From: Takakia lepidozioides
Lineage: Eukaryota; Plantae; Bryophyta
Assembly: GCA_030704615.1 (NCBI GenBank)
Contig: CM060733.1
Location: 49,972,001 to 50,036,000, forward strand
Length of the DNA stretch: 64,000 nucleotides
Direction: 5' to 3'
Below the pieces are notes generated by a model. The model was not told the origin of the DNA and did no database searches. It was given only the letters and a program-made list of their open reading frames with translations. How positions within the stretch are numbered: the stretch's first letter is position 1; each line of letters opens with the position of its first letter. Below are positions 32,491 through 64,000 of this stretch, piece after piece. A program made the position numbers and the translations under genes.

Positions 32491-35400
32491 TCTTTTCACA
32501 GATCCCACGGCCAGATTTGAACCGGAGACCTTTCCCCTGATATCTCTCCCGTCGAGGCTCCAACCATTGTCCCAGGAATGCCCACTTTGCCATTTTTGCT
32601 ATTTTTGTGAATTTCCAGCGACCAAAAGTACTTGGAATTCCACATCTCCCACACCGCAGGTCCAAAAATCATGAGACCAAGCCCGTGCACTCCTCCTCGT
32701 CGAAGGCTTTCCAACAGTACCAAGCACGAGGGCTACTCAGCCAGTGTCCTCCAAAATACTAATCGACAGCAGAAGACCTAAAATGCCTTCATTGCAACTG
32801 GGAAAGGAAGCCAACCTCCACATTGGCGTGAAAGACAAGAGGATGTTCACATACATGGCATTCAGTCTTATGCCTTGGATTCACTGATTCATCTGCTCTA
32901 ACAAAAGCATACACCTGCCAGGTGACAGCAGGACAAAAAAAGTGCAGTCAAGGAATGAATGAAGGAATGTATGCTATCAATTCCAACTGAAAGTAACTTG
33001 ATGTATTAGCCAGGGCCCACACCTCACCAGATATAGAAAGAGGGTTGAAAAAATGAAGTATCAGTGCAGACATTCCCTAGCAGGAAGAAACTGTCAGTAT
33101 ATTGTTACCTCCTCTGCACAATTCGGGCAGCAGCCTTTAAGTGCTACCAAATCACCTCTCCAAAGTCCCTTTAATTGTTGGGCTAGAAATCCCCACCCCA
33201 AAAGAAAATAGAAATGACAGGGAGTGAGTCCAATCGCAGTAGTCAAATACAAGGGGAGTTTTTCTATTATTGTCCACGAGCACATACATCGGTGGGGTAA
33301 GAAGAGAAAATCATGCCAGCAGTGGACACTCCAAGAAAGCAGTGCGTATAAGGTCTATATGCAGCCACGGCAACAGGAAGCCCAATCGTGAAACCCATTC
33401 CAATTGGAAGGCGGGCTTCCAAGTATGTCTAGTACTATATGTGGTTGTCACAAGAATTGGATTCCAATTTTTTTGACAAACCCCTAGGCATTTACTGAGA
33501 GCTCGAGCCTTTCTTTTTAGCGAGGCTGCGATCTGTCTACTCAGAGTCTGACTAACTTTGCTTGCTGCTGCCAACTTGGCCTGGAATTTAAGGATAGGAC
33601 ATTGGAGATGGTTTCCGGAGGAGGACCAGGCGACTTTGAGGGCATCGAGGAAGAAGGGAATTCACATGTGAGAGCAATTCAGTTTGTAGAGACCTCTCCC
33701 TCTTGGGTGACAGTTGGGCAGTTTCATTTTGGGAGCTTTCGATGGGGCGACAGGAGCTGGATGAATAACACCCTTGCCAGGGTATGGGTGGAAGATCCAG
33801 GTATAGGTTTGAATTGTTTTGTGCAGGCCATAGACAATTCTGCTGGAGCCAGACTGAGGGTTGGTTCCGCAACTAGGCCGATGGAGGCCACTATTGTTTT
33901 TGTCTGAAGGTTTGACAATGGCTGAGTTGCTTGGTTCAGATTTGGAGCTAAGTGCATAGTTTGGGGACTCCACCAGAGTGATGGCAGAGTTTTGGTTTTC
34001 TTCCCCTTTTTGTTGACAGGCTTCCTGCAAAGCACCATGCATCTCTGCGAGTCTATAGCTTTCCTAGAGAAAATGAATACAATGAGTGGATTGGGGAGTA
34101 CCCGAGTCTCCATGTTGGCTGGTTGTGCTGGGAGAAAAGGCAGCTTGAGGATAGGTGATGTGTGGTTGAGCCTAGCCTTCCCCTTGGCAGCTTCCTGCCT
34201 CCCACTTGATTTGACCGCCATCAGGGGTTCCTGAGCCGATTCCACAGAGTCCTCCGAGAGATTGGCCGTGATTCCCTGCCTGGTGGATTGCATGCCGGCC
34301 TCCATCTCCAGCAAAGCAACGAGCATTGCAAAACCATTGTGAAGCGTATCCTTTGTTCGGAACTGAGCCTGTTGTGTGCACCAGGGATCCGAACTACTCT
34401 TCTCACAGGCCCAGATGTCACAGAGGGGGGGCAGATTAGAGCATAGGACTGATTTGACTGAGAAGAAGTTTCCCTTCTTGTCTATGGGCAGCCTGATGTA
34501 GCTTGGGATTTTGCCCTCATTGGGCATCATAATCACAATTTTGGGCAATCCATTCTCCTTCATTTTGGAAGCAATTGTGACTCCTTTCCATGCTTGATCT
34601 TTTCTCAAGTTGTCCAGACACATCTCAGGGTCAAAAATAGCCAGACAACCCAGGTAGTAACCAAATGAGTTCCCAATGTTTGGGAGGAAATATAGGTATT
34701 GATCTGGGATTCCAAGACAGTAACGATCCTTGGGGCCCAAATTCTCCCATTCATGTTGCCCATCTGAGGAGACCATGGAAAAATGTTAACATTGTACCCC
34801 AGTTTGTGGGGGTTGAACGCCAGGGCGTGATCTACTGCTGCTTTTGTTTCAAACATTATGGAAAAAAAACCATGACCTTTCGGATGACAAAAATGTTGCT
34901 GCAGATCACCCGATCTTCCAAGGTGTGAGGTCACCTAGTCCCTTACATCTGTTCTGTTCTGCTTCTTCCCTGGAAAATGTAGGAGAATACCTCGTTCCTG
35001 GCATCCAGAGACCTTGTCACAAAGGGAATCGAAATCGATGGCTATCGAAAGTGCCGCTTCTTCCATTTCTGTCTGCGATTCTTCAATATCGCCATCCTCA
35101 GACAATACTTCCTCTGGCTCGATGGGCATACTGGAGGCAGTGTGAGGTGGGGGGGCAGATCTTTCAGCTGAAGACACTGCAGCAGTGCCCCAGGCATTGA
35201 CATTGTCGTTGTCCATTGGACCTGAAGACACCTACCAATGGCTAAGGCACGGACGTTGTCCATTCGACCTGTTGCTTGAGCCTGTGGGCCAGGAAGAAGG
35301 CATCACCCAATTGCCTCAAATGTCAGCAGGTGGGGGCGCATGCATGCTTGGGCAATTGATTCTGCTCCTAGGATTGCTGCGCGCACCCTTGAACTGAAAA

Positions 35401-35950
35401 TTAGGACCCATCTTCGACTGGTAAAGAGAGGTTCGCTTAATCGATAGAGGAAGTTGCGGCTTGCCCGGAGTCTAGAACATGGTCTGGAGAGAGGCTTGGG
35501 GAGAGACACCCTTGGTATAGGCAAAAGGTGGTGGAAGGATGAGAGCAGTAAAAGGCGGGTGACTGTCTCTTCAGCCTTTAATGAATGATAGCTCCAGTCA
35601 GGCCAAAATATCGGCACTGTGAGAATGGGGGCGCATTGAAGCGGAAAATTTTCTCGAAAAAAGCATCAGGATGAAGGTAGATGGATACATGTCTGTGTTT
35701 CGATAAGCTTGATGAAGATTGATTTGTAGTTGAAAAATTCTGGATCTCCGTTCATCAGAGGGCTTCTAGCTTGGATGAGCCTGAGTAAAGGATTGCAAGT
35801 AGAAGAGACAGTGAAGACAGTGATGATTAGACAGGAAGGAAAGTGGCTTTGTCTCGCAGATCTCTGATCGCTCGACTAGCTTGAGTTACCGTTGCTTCTC
35901 TCCCCTCACCGCAACATGCGGAGCTACATCGCGCTTCCTCCCGAGGAGAT
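32490..35950 (-). mobile_element. Degenerate L1-like LINE: ORF1 plus the start of ORF2 (APE endonuclease); boundaries approximate
   Basis: ORF1 remnant with DUF4283-like KGHGFFSIMFETKAAVDHALAFNPH...IFPW and IPDQYL...IGNSFG. ORF2 start LSVNA*G near 33500 resembles the endonuclease SWNVRG motif. Multiple frameshifts. Confidence 0.65.
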
Positions 35951-36798
35951 TTTGTTTTGTACAATTACCGTAAGATAGTAAAACGTTGCACCCCATCAAT
36001 CATCAGTATCTCACGCTCACTCGTGGCCACAGTGTTTTGGAGAAGGTAGGTAATAATATTATTATTGGAGTACAGGGCTAAAATTAATAAAATTAAAAAC
36101 AATTCCCCCTTGGAAATAAAAATCAGAAAATAATCAACCACATTGGTTTTTCCAAGAGGGTTTTTTTTTTTTTGTTTTTCTTTTCTTTTGGCTAAAAGGG
36201 GAGGAAGCCCTAAGTTAGAGCTTTATTGAAGATTATTGAAGGGGGGCTTTTAAGACTTTCCCCTGTTCTCTAAAATTTAAAAAATAAAAATAAAATAAAA
36301 TTAAGGGAGGGTTTCACGAGGTGGATTTGAGGGGAAAAAAAAGCGGGAAAACAAATTCCCTGTTCATACAATCACTAAACGAATCACAAGGAGGTTGAAT
36401 TGTACCGAGAGCCCGAATTTTTGGTCAGTCTGGCAAGCGTGTGATGGCACCTTGCCCAGTCGTTCATTCTACGCTTCAATCACATTCTCCAATGAGACTC
36501 ATTTCCTGTTCTAGAGAGATTGTTAGGGAGACCGGAAGTAGCTTGCTAGTGGTTCGTTCTTTAAATTGTTTCCTGACTCCACTGACTCACAACAGTGTGG
36601 CCGTTTGAGCTGGATACATTTCACAGGATGGCTACAGTCTCGTATCAGTTGACTTCCTAACAAGGAGACAGTCAGAACCTTAAAATGCTCACTGGAAAGT
36701 ATCGTGACATTTGGAGAAGCTGGAGAACACATCTGGTTGTTTGGTTAGCGTGGCGTTCATTTAGTTCCAGGTCGGATGACGTTGAGGAAGTGAACGGT

Positions 36799-39700
36799 AT
36801 GGATCATGAGGATGCGAGGGGACGATGCCGGTCACACCGTGGTGCTTACACCATCCTGTCTTACATTGTAGTTCTGCTCTGCACGTACGTACTGTGCTTT
36901 GGATTTCTGGCTCCTGTTGTTTTGTATTAACATATGCTTCAGTGCTTGAACATGACATGGCTGTCGATGTTGCTAGATGCGGAGTTCTTCCGGTGGCGGA
37001 AGTCTTGGGGAAAAGGATGTCTCTTAATCTGATGCTAACTTATTACACTTATGTATTTATAATAAGTAGCACAATGTGCTAGAAAAGTAAGAATCGCTGC
37101 TTGATTAGTCTTCCCTCTTGGAACATTCATGGAAGCCGTTAAGATACATTTTCGGCATTCAGACTGAAAGGAAGGAGAGAAAGGATTCCGGGGATTTTAA
37201 TGTTGAAAAGGGGGGGATAATCTATATATCCTATGTGGCCCCCTGCATCAGTTGAACACTGGCAGCTTGAATTTCTAAAATGTACTAGTAATGTCTCATC
37301 CCAGTGCCAGGTCAAGAAACTATGCATTGGATCTAATCAGCTGCCACTCCAATGATCCGTGTCCTAGTTTTTTGAACAAGTGATAGAATTGATAAAAGTT
37401 TCGTGGATCAATCAAGCAAGAAAAGTATTGGCAGCCATGAAAGATAAAGCAAAATTTGGAATTGTCAAGACAATCAAGGGTCAATTTGTCAAATCCTCAA
37501 GCTTTAACTCATGGATTAACTCCCTTGGCCTGGTATGCAGCATAAATCAACTCAATTCATCCAGGTCTTCACCTGTCTCATGCGAAGGATTATGGCTCAT
37601 CGGTAATCTTTGTGTATGATGTGGAAGGGACAGGGCTGGAGCAGTTGTAGGGTCACAAACTGGCAACCAAGCACTGGCTTTGACCCCCCCTCGCGGTTGG
37701 AACTCATACGACTCATTCTCGTGGATCATATCAGAGCAGGAGTTTCTTGACAATGCACGAGTTGTGTCTGACAAGCTCCTCAAGTTTGGGTACGAGGTAC
37801 AAGCCTTTTAGTAGCTTGGCTACCTTATGGTTAGGAACCTAGACCAGTGCAGCTTGTGTATGTGTTCACATATTGGCAGGTACATGTCAGAATAGGTAGA
37901 GAACTTCAACCAGACATGTGGGAAAGGCTAGACTCTGCACAGGTGAGGGTCCTTAATTGTTCAAGAGAAAAACTGTCAGCTCTTCTCTGTAACATGTAGG
38001 CAAAAGGTATACTTGTGCCACAGACTACCTGCCAAGGTATCCAGATCAATGGAGGAAAGGACATACTATGCAACTGCAGAGCCACAAACACTGTATTAGA
38101 GATTTGGTACATAACTGCAGTGTGTTACTGGTGCAGTACGTGGTCGTGGATTTCTTGTGGTACCGGAAGGTTGAACCTGGCGCCTCAGTGTCCTCAGGAC
38201 AGGATGTAATTGACGAATGGGGTAGACCCATGCCAGACCCAGCGCGATGGCCATCATCTGCAAATGGTGTGGGATTCACTGAAGTAGCAAATCAGGTGCA
38301 TGCTTTGGGTCTGAAGTTTGGCGTTCATGTCATGCGTGGCATCAACACTGCTGCTGTTGCGGCCAACACTCCAATCTTTGGTGCAGAGGTGCCAATGAAC
38401 TTCTCTTTGGACCATATATTCCATTCCTCCTATGCTTTCTTTCGAGAAAAATGCATGTCTTGCACTGAGATTACTTTTGTGTTGGAGATTCTTACTGTCA
38501 TTTCCTTTCAACAGGGCAACCCAGAAGGTGGTGAAGGGAAGACGTGGATGGCTAGGGATATTGTTATTAATGGTACTGAATGCTCATGGATGCCAGCAAG
38601 CTTTGTGGGTGTCAATACCAGCAGTGAAGGTGGTCGTGCTTTCATCAAATCGCTCTACCAGCAATATGCCTCCTGGGGGGTTGACTTCAGTTAATCTGTC
38701 TTCACCTTCACTCCTGGTTTGATAGCATTGTTGCCACATCCCAATAAGATGTCAAAGTTACTCCTGGCTGATCAAGGGGAATCATTTCCATGATACTTAT
38801 CATTACTGCTGCAACTACTTATTGTGTTTTTCCTTGTTTATTTGGAGGGTGCAGTTAAGCATGACTGTGTTTTCGGGGAGGACGATCTACTAGTAGAGGA
38901 GATACAAGCTGTATCTGAGGTGTTGATCTTCTCTCTTGACTATTTTGCAGTAAATGCGCACCTGCATGTTAAATAGGTAGTAGGCATCTTGTATAGCACG
39001 TTCTGGTTGGTTGCCATGATCAAGTATTTTTTGGAAACTTATTTGCAGGAGGCTGCTTGACAGGCAATTGCAGAGACAGGGAGGCCCATTGTGTATTCTC
39101 TCTCCCCTGGAGTACGAGCCACACCAGCTATGGCTATGAGGGTGGCAAATTTTGCCCACATGTACCGTGTCACAAGTGATGACTGGGACTCATGGTCGGA
39201 CATGCAACCTCATTTTGATGTAGCACGGTGCGTGTTTACACTTCCCATGTCGGAAAGTTGATGTGGAATCCCTTTGTGTGTTGGTCTGTGTCATTTCAAA
39301 TATTTTTCTGGGCTTGTGCTTCTCCCGCCATACCAAATTCTGAGTTTTACTCTAGAGTAAGATTGTGATAGAATGTACTCACGAGACCTTGTTGCTGTAG
39401 CCTTGTGGCCATAGACTCTGTGCCCAGTTTGGGTGGAACAAGAGGGAACAGACACTACCTTTGTTAGGGGCCCACTCCCGTAGTTGGTATAAACAATTGG
39501 CCTAGGTTTTCCAGATTTCCTCTAGAAGGCCCTGCACATTGCTGCAAGGTCACCCCTTTAGTAGGCTACCACAAAATGGAGGTTATCGCCGCTTTTCATA
39601 CTCATTTGCTAGTACCAAGAGAAGGAAAGAAACATGTTATGAAGTCTCCAGAAGAGAGGGTTGGGGTAATGATGGTGCTGCGGCATTCATATAGGTGGGC

Positions 39701-42575
39701 TTGTCAGGTAGGCTTGTCATCGTGACTTTATCTGAATGATTGGCCAGTTAGACAAAGAAACTTCTGAGTAAGTCCAATTGCTTCACAGAGACTTTGCAGC
39801 TGCCGGTCTTCTAGGCGCTTCTGGCTTGGAGGGAGGCCGGTCATGGCCAGACTTGGATATGTTGCCTTTTGGATGGATCACGGATCCTGGTAACCCCTCA
39901 GATGTTTTGTCTTTGGGCTTCCTGTGGATGTCATAAAGTTCGTTTCTTCATTTACAGTATGAAATAGGTGTTTCAAGAGCTTGAAAATTCAGATGAAATC
40001 AATGTTGCGTACTTTCACAATGGCAGGGATTCATCGTTTTTGATGTGATTAGACACACTGGAGGAGCTATACAACTCCTGAGAGAAGAATCTGGAATTTT
40101 GAATCTGAATCTGTAAAATAAAAGGCATTTACATCTAAATTCCAGCTTACGTGGAGGTTATGGTGGCTGCCAGGTGCTGTAGTTGGCCCACACCGTTTAT
40201 CTGGGCTTTCACCTTCAGAACAGCAAACACAGGTATAGTCCTGTGCTTGCCAGTGCCAATGCCAATGGAGCTTCAAATGTGCACTCTCTCTCCCATATTC
40301 TGTCCTCAACTCCCCTGCCCTCTCTCTTTTCCTCTGGTCTTTACTGTGAGAACTGTTCTGAGATGAGGGGACATCCGACCACAACTTTGTGCCCACCTGA
40401 AAACTCTACAAATATCGGGTGCATGTTTTCCCCACATGTGGCTCGTCCATGTCAGATCTTCTCCCCCATCAAGATGGCTACAACATGAGCCAAAGGTAAA
40501 TACTTGGCACCTGCTACAGTACTATGGCTTGATGAGATAACATAGATTGCTCTCTTACTGACGTGTGTCCAAATCTTAAATTTATACTGCATTGTTTCCT
40601 GTAAAAGGTGTCACTTTGGGCAATGGCAAAAAGTCCTCTGATGTATGGAGGCGACCTACGGCGGATCGATAATTTCACGCTGAGTGTTATAACAAATCCT
40701 GTGATACTGGAGATTAACGCGCACAGCACTCACAACCTTGAGGTATAGCTTGTGTCATCAAAGTGTTGGTCAATCAATTGGATTTAGTAGGTAATCCTGG
40801 CAGCTCTGCTTGTGCATGGATCTATGCCTTCTAAAAACATGTTGTACCAGAGCTGTAAACAGACAAGGTAGTTGGTTTGCTATCAGGTAACTATTACAAA
40901 AGTCTTGTGAAAAATTAGTTGAATGTCTGAAACTGGTGCTTGCTAGCAACTGTCAGAATAAATCACATTGTCATACCCGTTTCCTATGCAAGTCTCTAAA
41001 CGTGTCTGGCCGCCTGTGCCAGCTGCTCAGGACCTCTCTCAACCAAGGGTTTGCACCAACCTTGGGGCTCGTCGACTGCAATCTGGCCAAATCCACATTT
41101 TGGGTGCTGAAAGCGACCCCATCAGAAAGTAGGCCTGATTTGCTGTGTTGGACTGCGTCATCAAGTCCCAAGGTATGGAAAAGAGGAAGAAAGGAACAAA
41201 CAGCTGGCTGCTTGAATTGGGCGCCAACCAAAAGAACTTCCTTGAAATCCATGTAAGCCTATTTCTAAACCCTGTCTCCTAATTTTATCAAGCTCCTTGC
41301 TCTATGACTTGAGAACAAATTCTCTTCTTGCAGATCATATGAAAAGGTTGGAAGGTAGTTCAGCTCAAATTAAGGGAGTTCTAATTGTGCTAACTATGCT
41401 GACACGATTTCCATTCGAGTTGGGTGCAATGGGGTAATGTTGTATTGCAGATAATAAAAGGTCCTTTTTTACAGGTAGGGGTTTTCACACAATTTGTAAC
41501 ATCTGACAGCCTCCTTCAAGTTGATGAAAACCTTGGTAGACTCCCAATATCTCCATATGCAGGACACCTGAAGGAGAAGAACATGACAATGGCTGTGAGA
41601 GGGGCATACTTTGGACTTCCCATTCTGCCCAAGGATGTCCGGATACAGAGGCTATGAAGATTGCAGGAACTGCAGGTTTTGAGGCATCCACAAGGACACC
41701 CTTTACCCAGAGCAGTGGAGATTCTAGTCCGGTATTACGAAATTCCCTTTTGTAAATTGCACCTATATGTGACTAGAAGGAGATCTATGAAGGAGACAGA
41801 TAGGCAAACATAGTATGTGACGGTGGGCAATGCAAAGAAGACAGCAGTGGAGGTATATATGTATAATGATGGGGAGGAGGATTCGTGGGTGAGGTTTACT
41901 CTGAATGCAGCAAGTCAACTGAAGCACCCGTTTGTCTGATGACAGGTATGGCGATTGACATCAGAGGGAAGTCTTGTGAATGAGCAGACAGGGCTGTGTG
42001 CAGTAGCCAACTCTACAGAGGAGACAAGTGTGTGGGTTGCCAGTGGGTCCTCAGGTGTGTACCTCTCACCTTTTCTATTTTGAGCTCATATTCATATCTC
42101 GGTGATTTTTAGTGTAATGTAGCCACTGATGAGGCTCATGGGCAAGTCCCATGGTCCTAAGCTGTACCGAGTTGAAAGTTGGTGGCAGTGCCCTGGACAT
42201 GATCCCCTCTCACAAAACATCTATGGCATGATGTGTTCTGATAATCTTTGGTGTACATTTCCAGGCCAGGCCTATGTAGCCTTTTTCAATCTGGCGGCAA
42301 ACCCAACCAATGTGACTATCCTGCTTGATGTAGTGACAAAAGCACTAACAAGCGATCAAGGAGATCATTCCAACCCTTCGACCAACTCGTGGAACACAGC
42401 TTCTCTTGCAGCGGACGAAATGGAAAACTGGACAGGTCTTGCCCAGTGGGATTGCACAGGGTTGAACGTGTGGACTGGAGAGGATCTAGGGCAGATTGGG
42501 GACTCTCTTTCAGCGATTGTGCAAAGCCATGGCTGTGCAGTCTTTGCTTTGACATGCACTCCTCTTGGTCCCTGA
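36799..42575 (+). CDS. Glycoside hydrolase family 27 (alpha-galactosidase / beta-L-arabinopyranosidase APSE-like), multi-exon, with an N-terminal hydrophobic signal
   Basis: Exons encode LALTPPRGWNSYDSF, YVVVDFLWY, DEWGRPMPDPARWPSS, GLKFGVHVMRG, WGVDF-IKHDCVFG, MYRVTSDDWD, SWPDLDMLPFGW, SLWAMAKSPLMYGGDL and a C-terminal YVAFFNL...HGCAVFALTC. Confidence 0.9.
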
Positions 42576-43281
42576 AGACTTTATCCCAATTTTGCTGCTG
42601 ATTTGAGCCATTTCGTTTGTCAGGTTCTCCTCCCCATCAATCTCCATGATGACAACCCTCTTATAAACCCAGTCATACAGCTTACATGCTTCAAAAGGTG
42701 AGGCCTCCTACAGGCCTTCAAGACATGCCACCTGTGCTCCCTTGCACCATTACTATTTCATATTTAACATTGAACAAGGTTATAAATTGCTGCAACTGTG
42801 CCCCCTCATGTGCCAAGGCCTAAAAGGCAGGGCAGTTTGAATAAGGTTTTTCTAATGACTACGATTTCCATTACATCATGGTCCAAAATATCTTCAATAA
42901 CGCAATCGAATGATGTAATGGAACAGGATCCAACAGGAAATATCCAACGTGTTGGCTGATTGAAAACACTCCATCAAATAGGAGTACATGCATGGAAAGG
43001 CCATACCCCAAAGGTAAGTATTGGGCATTGAGGGGTCCTTTCACTAGCCTGAGATCGCTGCCTAGTTAGACGGTGGAACCCAACTTGTCCATATTTTAGT
43101 TGTGTTGCCATAAGGAGAAAGTGGCAGCAGTCGACTGCGCTCTCTTCCCATCAACCAAATTCCAAGTCTCCAACGACTTCACTTGTCAATCCTGTGCCCA
43201 ACCAACACAGGACAAACTCAGCTACCCCTCAGTGACAAACTACTTCTGTACGTGTGCTCAAGAGCATATGCTTTTAGCCAA

Positions 43282-43505
43282 CTGAAAAGAAAGAAAGAAA
43301 AAGGCTTTACAACGCCTATGATAGATACAGGAAGAAAATCAATAACATGCACAGCCGCAAGGAGAATTACTCAGTCAGCTGCAGATGGACAGAAATAGAA
43401 GAGAGTAGACAAGCAGAGGGAGACACTGAGAGAGGATCAAAAACTCCCCGATAGAATCCTACAAACGACAGGGGTATATGTGATGTAATACAACACTCGG
43501 CTCAC
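43282..43505 (-). other. Predicted intron(s) in the SMG1 3'UTR
   Basis: Donor TG|GTGAGC at 43505. Two acceptors with long pyrimidine tracts: ...ctctcttctatttctgtccatctgCAG (43379) and cctttttctttctttcttttCAG (43282). Confidence 0.55.
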
Positions 43506-43919
43506 CAAGAAATCCATGGACGTGATTGAAACAAAAGCTTCATGCCAATGGACCGCCATCGTTTAATCTTCCATTATCTCCATGGTCCGAGGTTTCTATT
43601 TGATCAAGTTTCCAGAAGTAGACAGCTGCCACAATAATGTAAATGTGAGTGTGGAAGAGCAGTAATGGCTGCATTCTCTCGACAAAGCTTCCATCTCCTT
43701 CAAACAGAGTACGGAGGCACAGGCTTGTGGGGCTTGAAAGTCTGTCAAGTGCATATGCTCTGCTCTTCACAGCTGGTCACACTGGGATAATGCCATATGG
43801 GTGCGTGGTGGAGACGTGGAGACAGATGCCTGGCTGATGTCCACTCATGGCCTTGGTGTTATTACAAGTATGACAGCGTGTGTCCAAATTCCAACATCCC
43901 AATTCCATGGTGACTTGGC

Positions 43920-63155
<19,236 letters not shown>

Positions 63156-64000
63156 CTGCAAACACATACACACCAATATTTGAACTCTCAATCCTCAAAG
63201 GCGCTCAGAACATAATGTCGGATTCGCTGGACAATAAAACAGGGCCAATACATGACAGGATTTGATGCCCAGAGTGTATATTTATCAATGAGAGTAAGCC
63301 CAAAGATCCATACCAAAGAAGACCCTTCTAACCCCCTGCCATTGATATATAGCTGCCAACTTGGAAAAGTCCAAATTGGGCAGAAGCAAACTGTTCGTCT
63401 TCTTGTCAATCCAAAGATTTGTTCATTACGGAGCTTCAACTGAAAAATGACAAAAAAAGAAAAGAAACGAAAAAGAACACTCCGACAACAAATTCAACAG
63501 GCAAAGAAAAAGAAAAAGAAAACGGTTTTCTCAGACACTCTGACACCAATTGACACACTAGCAGCCTTCTGAAAAATCACAATGCCAAGGTGGGACCACT
63601 GGGCGCCCTCATTTGCGACCTCCAGTATTCAATCAATCCGCGTGTTGGGCTAATCTGGGCTACTCTTCAAGATCCAGGGAAACCTGGTTCTCCCTAAACC
63701 TCCTAATGCTTGGAGAAGAATATCATAGGGCCCTTTCCTGTTTCCTGGTAGCTTTTTAGGCACACCAACCAAAAGTACAGAGAGTACACAAAAGCAAGCC
63801 ACAGCTGAAAATTGTGGCTAAAGTGACCACAAAATCTATGTTTGATGGTATTGGTAACTCCTAACCCATTCTTCCCTCAAAATTTCCCAGTGCAGCACTT
63901 CAGCTACTAAAAGCATGAGGAAAGGGCATAATTGCTTGTGATAAAGGATGCATTTGGATACTAGGCTTTTTTGAAATTGAATGCTACAGGTGACACTTTC

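Noticed and set aside
63188-63443. ORFs after a strong minus-strand acceptor at 63440 as an SMG1 exon
   Set aside because: Translation shows no SMG1 similarity that I recognise. It may be intronic or a cryptic exon.

Overview
Eukaryotic nuclear DNA from a plant, most likely a non-seed land plant (inferred from the retained SMG1, a group-I-chromodomain Gypsy and the PLS-PPR style). Host genes: a PLS-E-DYW PPR RNA-editing gene (main exon 1331-4555), intronless SKIP/SNW1 (8924-10741), a 7-exon DHAR (28374/28509-30774), a GH27 glycosidase of the APSE type (36799-42575) and a 5'-incomplete SMG1 kinase (minus strand, 43920 to beyond 63155). Between them lie a full-length but decayed Ty3/Gypsy chromovirus (14479-21408, TSD GCTGC), a truncated Gypsy with a PHD finger on its integrase, LINE remnants, and two copies of a TTAA-flanked piggyBac-like MITE. 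The main discovery is invisible in the ORF track: in-frame upstream exons join OSB-type PDF (organellar ssDNA-binding) motifs to the PPR-DYW deaminase. Two nearby pseudogene copies share these exons, and the 13.4-14.2 kb copy keeps the canonical WWDNR...PDFK motif, pointing to a PDF-PPR-DYW gene family. Other highlights are piggyBac-like elements in a plant, PHD versus chromodomain integrase tails side by side, and a probable NMD-triggering 3'UTR intron in SMG1 itself. All calls were made by eye, with no database search.
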